A stretch of 32,000 nucleotides of DNA, taken from contig NZ_CP034549.1 of the NCBI RefSeq assembly GCF_003966335.1, positions 360,001 through 392,000 on the forward strand, read 5' to 3'. This document shows, one piece after another, positions 26,627 to 32,000 of this stretch (position 1 is the stretch's first letter; each line of letters opens with the position of its first letter). The notes under the pieces are model-generated. The model had not been told where the DNA came from and did no database searches. It was given only the letters and a program-made list of their open reading frames with translations. The stretch is from Nonlabens ponticola. Lineage in GTDB: Bacteria; Bacteroidota; Bacteroidia; Flavobacteriales; Flavobacteriaceae. The position numbers and the translations under genes are program-made.

Positions 26627-26974
26627 CTAGTCTTCTTCCTTGTCTAACATCTTGAACAGGATAGATCTTGCGATGGCAAGCAGTAGTGCAAAGATGAGTG
26701 CATACCAAACGTTTGCTACATCAAAACCGCCAACAAGCCAGTCTGCCATCATGATTATAAAGGCATTGATGAATAACAGAAAGATTCCCAGCGTAATTAC
26801 AGTAATAGGCAAAGTCAGTATCACCAGTATAGGTTTTACAATGAAATTAAGTATGGATAAGGCTAATGCAACAAGTACAGCACTGAAAAGGCCTGTCGTC
26901 TCAACACCAGGCATAATATAAGAAAGCACTAGAACCAAGACAGCAGTTACCAGAAGTTTGATCAAAAAGTTCAT
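26627..26974 (-). CDS. Four-TM membrane protein of the phage holin family IV / DUF360 type
   Basis: 115 aa, MNFLIKLLVTAVLVLVLSYIMPGV...ILNFIVKPILVILTLPITVITLGIFLLFINAFIIMMADWLVGGF. This is the characteristic architecture of PF04020-like proteins. Confidence 0.75.
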   Translation of the reverse strand: MNFLIKLLVTAVLVLVLSYIMPGVETTGLFSAVLVALALSILNFIVKPILVILTLPITVITLGIFLLFINAFIIMMADWLVGGFDVANVWYALIFALLLAIARSILFKMLDKEED

Positions 26975-26987
26975 AAGAAGGGTTTTT

Positions 26988-27030
26988 ATAAAAATAGAAA
27001 ATCCGCTAGAGAATGATTCTCTAGCGGATT
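26988..27030 (-). terminator. Strong rho-independent terminator after the FadL-SGNH operon (bidirectional in form)
   Basis: A perfect 13-bp stem AATCCGCTAGAGA/TCTCTAGCGGATT (27000..27012 and 27018..27030) has a 5-nt loop. On the minus strand it is followed by TTTTCTATTTTT. It lies 22 nt downstream of the stop at 27053. Confidence 0.8.
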
Positions 27031-27052
27031 GTCATTTTTGAAAGCAAAAAGT

Positions 27053-28576
27053 TTACTGGACGTTGTTACTAGGCTGTACACCTTTGTATTGTCCAATGTT
27101 TACTGGCGGTACAGTAGAGCCGTACTGTGCGTTGATAGCTTCTAGTATTGCGTTTGCCGTGAAGGCATAACCTCTAGGTGTTGGGTGAACAGCATCTAGA
27201 GAAAATGCACCACCTGTGGCATACGTGCTGGTCAATACACCACCATCAAAGGCGACGCCACCATCAGCAACTTGTGCAAGGAAAGAACGAGCATCAACAA
27301 GAGCTAATCCTTTTTGAGCAGCAATGCCTGCAATTACATTATTATAAGCTTCTTGAGCATCTTCAATACGATCTTGCTCAACACGAGTTAGTACATTTCC
27401 ATCTTCTAATGGTACACCAACGCCGCGTACAGAATTAGGATTGTTAGGGTCTGCTAGAGTACCTAGTACCGTTGCTGCAGTAAAGACGATTAGATCATCC
27501 TCATCAGCTTGTCTTAAATTAGGCAATCCTAGAGCAGATAGGTCTGTCAAGTCCTCATCATCAAGTACTGGTCCATTTTGACCAGCTACAAAGTTGATGG
27601 TTCTAGCTTCACGCTCGTCTGAATCTATGAATCCAGCAGCCTCAGCAGCAAGCAATCCACCGTTATATTGAGCATAGGCCATATTTACACCAGCAGCAGT
27701 CTGACCATCTAGTGGTATGGCATTGAAAGGTACTGTAGTAAAGAATGGGATTGATGTAACATCTGGAATGTTGATCAAGGCACCTTTAGCGCCATTTGCA
27801 GTAAGTGCATCAACATAACCTGAGTAAACACTTGCAAAAACATTGACGTTGGTAATATCATTTGATCCGTAAGTTCTTGGGTCAAGATCTACACCTGTGT
27901 CATCATCGTCATCGTCATCGTCACTATTACGGTCGTTACCATCACCACCTGAAGTAGCAAAACTCAAGATGTCGTTGTTACCAATCCATAGAGTGAAGAA
28001 TGTAGGGTCTGCTGCAACAGCATCACCTATTACTGTAGCGTTGTCACTTGAAGCAAAACGCACATAATAAGGATTTGCAGTACCGGTTGCTACTCCAGCA
28101 AGATTCCCATATCCAGGAGCACCTAGATGGAAACTTTTTGCACCTGGAACACCAAAGTTGTTCAAGTCACCAGTCACTCTATTTGTAATGTCTGTCGTAG
28201 GAGTTCCTGCAAGCACCGCTGGACCTAGGTCTGGAGTTGCTGCTAACACTAACCTGTTAGGTAATATCTGTACGCCACCGGCTAGAACACCGCCTAGATT
28301 ATCTGCCACAAGAGGCTGGAAAAACTCACCACCACCTACAAGGGTAAATTGTTGCGCCATGATGGCTGGGTAAGAATCTTCTTGTCCTTCTAGATAAAGT
28401 GCAGCATCAGCAAATCCTGCGGTAAGAGAATTACCTACAGCTACATACTTACTGAAGTCTGCCTCACCAGCTTCATACTGGTCACCATCTTCAACTGAAT
28501 CGTCAAACTCATTTGCACAGCTCACCATAGTAGCGGCAGCAGCAAACAGAGCTAAATATTTAAATGTATTTTTCAT
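27053..28576 (-). CDS. SGNH/GDSL-family hydrolase lipoprotein with a large insertion and a poly-Asp tract
   Basis: Lipobox TMVSC. Block I is VAVGNSLTAG (nucleophile Ser), block III is LWIGNNDIL and block V is SLDAVHPT (Asp/His). A D8 run lies between blocks III and V. The gene starts 12 nt after the FadL-like gene. Confidence 0.75.
   Translation of the reverse strand: MKNTFKYLALFAAAATMVSCANEFDDSVEDGDQYEAGEADFSKYVAVGNSLTAGFADAALYLEGQEDSYPAIMAQQFTLVGGGEFFQPLVADNLGGVLAGGVQILPNRLVLAATPDLGPAVLAGTPTTDITNRVTGDLNNFGVPGAKSFHLGAPGYGNLAGVATGTANPYYVRFASSDNATVIGDAVAADPTFFTLWIGNNDILSFATSGGDGNDRNSDDDDDDDDTGVDLDPRTYGSNDITNVNVFASVYSGYVDALTANGAKGALINIPDVTSIPFFTTVPFNAIPLDGQTAAGVNMAYAQYNGGLLAAEAAGFIDSDEREARTINFVAGQNGPVLDDEDLTDLSALGLPNLRQADEDDLIVFTAATVLGTLADPNNPNSVRGVGVPLEDGNVLTRVEQDRIEDAQEAYNNVIAGIAAQKGLALVDARSFLAQVADGGVAFDGGVLTSTYATGGAFSLDAVHPTPRGYAFTANAILEAINAQYGSTVPPVNIGQYKGVQPSNNVQ
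27899..27922. repeat. Imperfect hexanucleotide repeat (GTCATC)n encoding Asp8
   Basis: GTCATCATCGTCATCGTCATCGTC on the plus strand equals GAC GAT GAC GAT GAC GAT GAT GAC on the coding strand. Confidence 0.9.
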
Positions 28577-28588
28577 CTTTTCTTTTTT

Positions 28589-29833
28589 TTACATTCTATA
28601 AGTTATACCGATACCTGGAGCAAGTGCTCTAGATTTGTAGGTACCTTCAAATGGTACATTCTGTCCATTTTCTTGATAAAAGTCGTATGACTCATTAATT
28701 TCCTTAAATCTCAAATACAGGAACGAGGCATCAATAGCAAAACTAGGTGAGATATTGTATGATAATCCAAAGGTGTATCCGCTGGAATCATTACGTGGAG
28801 TTTCTGGCGCAAAGAAACCTGACTGTACTGGCGACTCGTCAAAGTAATATCCACCACGCAAAGTCAATGCGTCAGTTGCTGTGTATTGTAAACCAAATCT
28901 ATAAGTTGAAGCATCTTTATAGTTTCTAGGATTCAACGACTGGCTACCATCAGCAAATGTGATATCTAGGTTTTCATATTCACTCCAGAAGGCACGGTTA
29001 TAATCAAAAGCAAATAAGAACTTGTCCCATTTGTAAGATAGACCTACAGTAAGTTCTGCTGGTAACGGTAATGTAGCTTCAAAACCTTGAACACCGTTAC
29101 TAGGAGTCAATGGAGAGTTAGGGAAGTTTGAGAAAGTAGCTTCACCATCTTCACTCTCAATATCGATAAGTGAACGATAATTTGCTCCAATAGAGAAATT
29201 ATCTGTAGGCGTGAACATAATACCAGCTGTCCATCCATAACCCATTACACCGCTGTCCTCAATAGCGACATTTGATCGGTCTCCTTCTTCATCAGTTAGG
29301 GTACGGTTTGCGTTTCTATTGAACTCAACTCCACCTATCGCGATAATTGCACCACCACCTATACTTACACTATCAAATAATTGATAAGACAAGGTAGGTT
29401 GTACAAAGATTGCTTGTAATTCAATTTCATTCACCAGGTGAGATCCTTCCCAATCTGTAGGCCAGGTCACATTACTACCATAAGGTGTATAGATACCTAG
29501 ACCAGCGGCAAAGTTGTCCGTGATAGAATAACTTATATATGCGTATAATGGTGTTCCAGTAGGACTATCGGTCTCTGCACTTGTTCCAAAATCTTCATTT
29601 TGGTACTGCACGTCACTAAAAACTCCAAAACCACCAACACTTACATTAAGCCTATTCTCTAGATGTACTAATCCAGCTGGATTAAAGAACAGAATATCTG
29701 CACTATTGACTACAGCAACGCCGGTGTGACCCATGGCTAACTGCTTGTTACTCTGCAAACTTACTCGGTAACCACCTGCATAGGCAAAGGCACCGACCAA
29801 AAAAAGCACTGCAAAAACTTTTAATTTGTTCAT
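28589..29833 (-). CDS. Outer-membrane transport protein of the OMPP1/FadL/TodX family
   Basis: Signal peptide, then an N-terminal hatch-like GYRVSLQSNKQLAMGHTGVAV and a beta-barrel with alternating hydrophobic residues. The 414-aa protein ends in ...GIGITYRM. Confidence 0.8.
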   Translation of the reverse strand: MNKLKVFAVLFLVGAFAYAGGYRVSLQSNKQLAMGHTGVAVVNSADILFFNPAGLVHLENRLNVSVGGFGVFSDVQYQNEDFGTSAETDSPTGTPLYAYISYSITDNFAAGLGIYTPYGSNVTWPTDWEGSHLVNEIELQAIFVQPTLSYQLFDSVSIGGGAIIAIGGVEFNRNANRTLTDEEGDRSNVAIEDSGVMGYGWTAGIMFTPTDNFSIGANYRSLIDIESEDGEATFSNFPNSPLTPSNGVQGFEATLPLPAELTVGLSYKWDKFLFAFDYNRAFWSEYENLDITFADGSQSLNPRNYKDASTYRFGLQYTATDALTLRGGYYFDESPVQSGFFAPETPRNDSSGYTFGLSYNISPSFAIDASFLYLRFKEINESYDFYQENGQNVPFEGTYKSRALAPGIGITYRM

Positions 29834-29872
29834 ATTCAGTTGTTTAAGGTATATTTTAAAGTTTTATTGAGC

Positions 29873-29880
29873 CAAATTTA
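29873..29880 (-). promoter_or_regulatory. -7 promoter element TAAATTTG (TAnnTTTG) for the FadL-SGNH operon
   Basis: Exact consensus on the minus strand, 40 nt upstream of the ATG at 29833. Confidence 0.45.
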
Positions 29881-29893
29881 ATATTAAATTAAT

Positions 29894-29927
29894 ACTACGC
29901 AAGCGTTTTCGTAGTCATTATGCTTGC
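29894..29927 (-). terminator. Possible terminator after the pdxJ-hydrolase operon (two overlapping alternative hairpins)
   Basis: Stems ACTACG/CGTAGT (29894..29899 and 29910..29915) and GCAAGC/GCTTGC (29899..29904 and 29922..29927) overlap. On the minus strand they are followed by AT-rich ATTAATTTAAT. The region begins 10 nt after the stop at 29938. Confidence 0.4.
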
Positions 29928-29937
29928 ATAATATTAT

Positions 29938-30702
29938 TTATTTTATGAATTCCACAACCATATCGTGAAATTTATCTGGTTCTTGTGCATGCAGCCAGTG
30001 TCCTGCGTTGGGTATTGTTTTTAGTTCCGCTTTCGCGAAAGCGTGATCAATCAACATCTTATCGCTATCTAATATGTATCCCGATTCTCCACCGCGTATG
30101 AACAAGGTAGGTATATCTATAGGCTCATCATGCTGCTCATGAGTTCCTACATCATGCTGGCTCGCAGCTAGTGTGGGTAAGTTAAAACGCCAGCCATAGG
30201 TATTTTTATCGATACGGTGCAGGCTTTTCATCAAGAACATGCGGGTTCCTACATCATTGATACGCTGGGCAAGAATCTTATCTGCATCGCCACGTTTCTT
30301 GAGTGTTGTAAAATCTACCGACTGCAACGCATTGATGATATCGCTGTGATGCGGTGCGTATTCTTTGGGAGCAATATCTGCAATGATCAATTTGTCGATA
30401 AGTTCTGGATACATGGCGGCACACCGCATGGCGACCTTACCGCCCATGCTGTGTCCTAATAGTACGATGTTTTCCAAGTCATACTCCTTGCAATAATTTG
30501 ACACATCTTGTGCCATATCATTATAATCAAAGGTATCGCTATGAAAACTGCGACCATGATTGCGTTGATCGAGCAGGTGCACTTGAAATCCATCCTGTGA
30601 CCAGCGAGTTCCTAGCGTTTTCCAGTTGTCTGCCATGCCCAGGAATCCGTGTAATATAACGAAGGGCTTGCCTTCTCCCAATATGATGCTGTGCAGTTTC
30701 AT
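29938..30702 (-). CDS. Alpha/beta-fold hydrolase (YbfF-like esterase)
   Basis: [10 protein letters not shown] oxyanion region, nucleophile elbow GHSMGG and C-terminal NAGHWLH. It overlaps the pdxJ stop by 4 nt. Confidence 0.85.
   Translation of the reverse strand: MKLHSIILGEGKPFVILHGFLGMADNWKTLGTRWSQDGFQVHLLDQRNHGRSFHSDTFDYNDMAQDVSNYCKEYDLENIVLLGHSMGGKVAMRCAAMYPELIDKLIIADIAPKEYAPHHSDIINALQSVDFTTLKKRGDADKILAQRINDVGTRMFLMKSLHRIDKNTYGWRFNLPTLAASQHDVGTHEQHDEPIDIPTLFIRGGESGYILDSDKMLIDHAFAKAELKTIPNAGHWLHAQEPDKFHDMVVEFIK
30029..30042. repeat. Copy 8 of the iterated palindrome GCTTTCGCGAAAGC (16-bp palindrome 30028..30043)
   Basis: Perfect match, translated on the minus strand as AFAKA in [12 protein letters not shown], a cytoplasmic-type alpha/beta hydrolase with no signal peptide. 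Confidence 0.95.
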
Positions 30703-31415
30703 GAGCTCAATCGTGCCTTATACATATTAACGACGTTCTCCAGACCTAGATATAGACTCTCAGAAATCAATGCGTGCCCTATGCTTACCTCTAGCAAATC
30801 CGGTAACTGCTGTGCAAAAAATTTAAGGTTCTCTAGTGAAAGATCGTGACCTGCATTGATGCCTATTCCTAATTCGGTAGCCTTTTTAGCTGCTTTTATA
30901 TATGGTGCAATCGCGGCTTCTTTATCCTTATTATAGTGGCTCGCATAATCTTCTGTATATAACTCGATGCGGTCCACGCCTGTTTCTTTGGCGCCTTCAA
31001 CCATCTCTATGACTGAATCAACAAATATGCTGGTGCGTATCCCTTGATTTCTAAAATGAGATACTATCTCTGTCAAAAAATCACGGTGCTTGATCGTATC
31101 CCATCCTGCATTTGATGTGATGGCATCTGGCGCGTCTGGAACTAGGGTAACTTGTGCCGGCTTGACCTCATCGACTAGTTTGATAAAGCTATCAATTGGG
31201 TTTCCTTCAATATTCAGCTCCGTAGTTACAATTCTCTTGAGATCTCGTGCATCTTGATACTTGATGTGACGCTCATCAGGTCGTGGATGGATCGTGATTC
31301 CTTGTGCGCCAAATGATTCTAGATCTACCGCTACCTTGAGCAAATCTGGAACATTACCACCACGAGAGTTGCGCAGTGTTGCTATTTTATTGATGTTGAC
31401 ACTTAAAATGGCCAT
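30699..31415 (-). CDS. pdxJ: Pyridoxine 5'-phosphate synthase
   Basis: [21 protein letters not shown]...[10 protein letters not shown]...NIEGNP...HAGHDL-type blocks (here INAGHDLS) are typical of PdxJ. Confidence 0.95.
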   Translation of the reverse strand: MAILSVNINKIATLRNSRGGNVPDLLKVAVDLESFGAQGITIHPRPDERHIKYQDARDLKRIVTTELNIEGNPIDSFIKLVDEVKPAQVTLVPDAPDAITSNAGWDTIKHRDFLTEIVSHFRNQGIRTSIFVDSVIEMVEGAKETGVDRIELYTEDYASHYNKDKEAAIAPYIKAAKKATELGIGINAGHDLSLENLKFFAQQLPDLLEVSIGHALISESLYLGLENVVNMYKARLSS

Positions 31416-31431
31416 AGTCCTGTTTTAGTCT

Positions 31432-31439
31432 CAAAAATA
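31432..31439 (-). promoter_or_regulatory. -7 promoter element TATTTTTG (TAnnTTTG) for pdxJ
   Basis: Exact consensus on the minus strand, 17 nt upstream of the ATG at 31415. Confidence 0.4.
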
Positions 31440-31499
31440 CAAAGTATGTGCGCCGCAGGATACGCCTAGAAATGTTTAATTTGCAGTAAAACATGCTTC

Positions 31500-32000
31500 A
31501 TGGATTTACAAGAGTATATCATTAACGACGTGACACCGCTTTCTCTAGAAGATGACGTCAAGGTTTCTCAGCGCATTTTCCAGCAACAAACGATCTCTCA
31601 TTTACCTGTCCTCGATAAAGATCAATATGTGGGCTGCGTGTCTGAGACTGATGCGCACTGTTTTGAAGACAATCAAAAGCTGAACGATGTCAAATATGCT
31701 CTGGATCGTTTTTTTGTAAAAGAGGATACCCATTGGCTGGATGTGCTAGAAGCATTTGCCCAACATAATGCCAACTTAATGCCTGTTCTAGATACCAATA
31801 ATAAATATCTAGGCTACTATGAGTTGAAGGATATCATGCAGCATTTTAATGACTCGCCTTTCATGTACGAGAGCGGTGCCGTGATCGTGCTGGAAAAAGG
31901 GTCTACGGACTACAGCTTTAGTGAGATATCGCAGATTGTAGAGACTAATGACAGTAGGGTTTTTGGGATGTTTGTAAGCGGTTACCGCGATCATTTGTCT
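31500..32000 (+). CDS. CBS-domain pair protein, N-terminal part; runs off the right edge
   Basis: Absent from the ORF track because there is no stop. My translation from the ATG at 31500 is MDLQEYIINDVTPLSLEDDVKVSQRIFQQQTISHLPVLDKDQYVGCVSETD...LMPVLDTNNKYLGYYELKDIM. It shows two CBS-like hLPVhD motifs and stays open for 167 codons to the window end. Confidence 0.65.
   Translation, partial: MDLQEYIINDVTPLSLEDDVKVSQRIFQQQTISHLPVLDKDQYVGCVSETDAHCFEDNQKLNDVKYALDRFFVKEDTHWLDVLEAFAQHNANLMPVLDTNNKYLGYYELKDIMQHFNDSPFMYESGAVIVLEKGSTDYSFSEISQIVETNDSRVFGMFVSGYRDHLS

Noticed and set aside
31477-31483. TAATTTG upstream of the CBS-domain gene as a -7 promoter box.
   Set aside because: It has only one spacer base (TAnTTTG), and the 8-mer reading TTAATTTG mismatches the consensus at position 2. 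It is suggestive but not an exact match, so it is not listed as a feature.
31809-31994. 61-aa minus-strand ORF at the right edge.
   Set aside because: It lies antisense to the open 167-codon CBS-domain reading frame that starts at 31500, and it has no motifs.
1-32000. I searched the whole window for a defence island, mobile element, CRISPR array, tRNA/rRNA or toxin-antitoxin-like gene pairs.
   Set aside because: I saw no direct-repeat/spacer arrays, no transposase, integrase or recombinase-like ORFs and no tRNA-like cloverleaf candidates in the few intergenic gaps. Every sizeable ORF has a plausible conserved housekeeping or envelope assignment, so the window reads as core genome.

Overview
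The window looks like a core chromosomal segment of a Flavobacteriaceae (Bacteroidota) genome. The evidence is gldH, two proteins with type-IX-secretion C-terminal sorting domains, TAnnTTTG -7 promoter boxes, and lipoprotein and signal-peptide styles typical of the family. I can support about 30 protein-coding genes, nearly all conserved housekeeping or envelope functions. In order they are: rseP (partial), an M1 aminopeptidase (T9SS cargo), an SCO1/SenC protein and a TerB+J-domain (DjlA-like) protein. A tight co-directional block follows: PSP1/RicT-like, gldH, PBP1A, a DnaQ-like exonuclease and a duplicated ABC ATPase. Next come an S15 peptidase and peptide deformylase pair, a very large BNR/Asp-box T9SS cargo protein, an NTF2-like lipoprotein, tag, two small secreted or outer-membrane hypotheticals and aat. 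Then come an SSB-like DUF3127 protein, a flavin reductase, an orphan histidine kinase, tig, clpP-clpX and a holin-IV/DUF360 membrane protein. The window ends with a FadL-like and SGNH lipoprotein operon, pdxJ with an alpha/beta hydrolase, and a partial CBS-domain gene. I see no rRNA, tRNA, CRISPR array, transposase, integrase, prophage or recognisable defence island, and no convincing novel multi-gene protein system. The most unusual signal is at the DNA level. A perfect 14-bp palindrome, GCTTTCGCGAAAGC, occurs 7 times, plus one copy with a single mismatch. Seven of the eight copies lie inside coding sequences in two different reading frames. The flanks are similar regardless of frame, the spacing is fairly even, and three copies are translated as the AFA-KA cleavage region of signal peptides. 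Secondary curiosities are a catalytically intact peptide deformylase with a lipoprotein signal peptide coupled to a secreted S15 peptidase, a DUF3127 OB-fold protein ending in an SSB-type DDLPF tip, and an SGNH lipoprotein with a poly-Asp tract encoded downstream of a FadL-like channel in the same operon.
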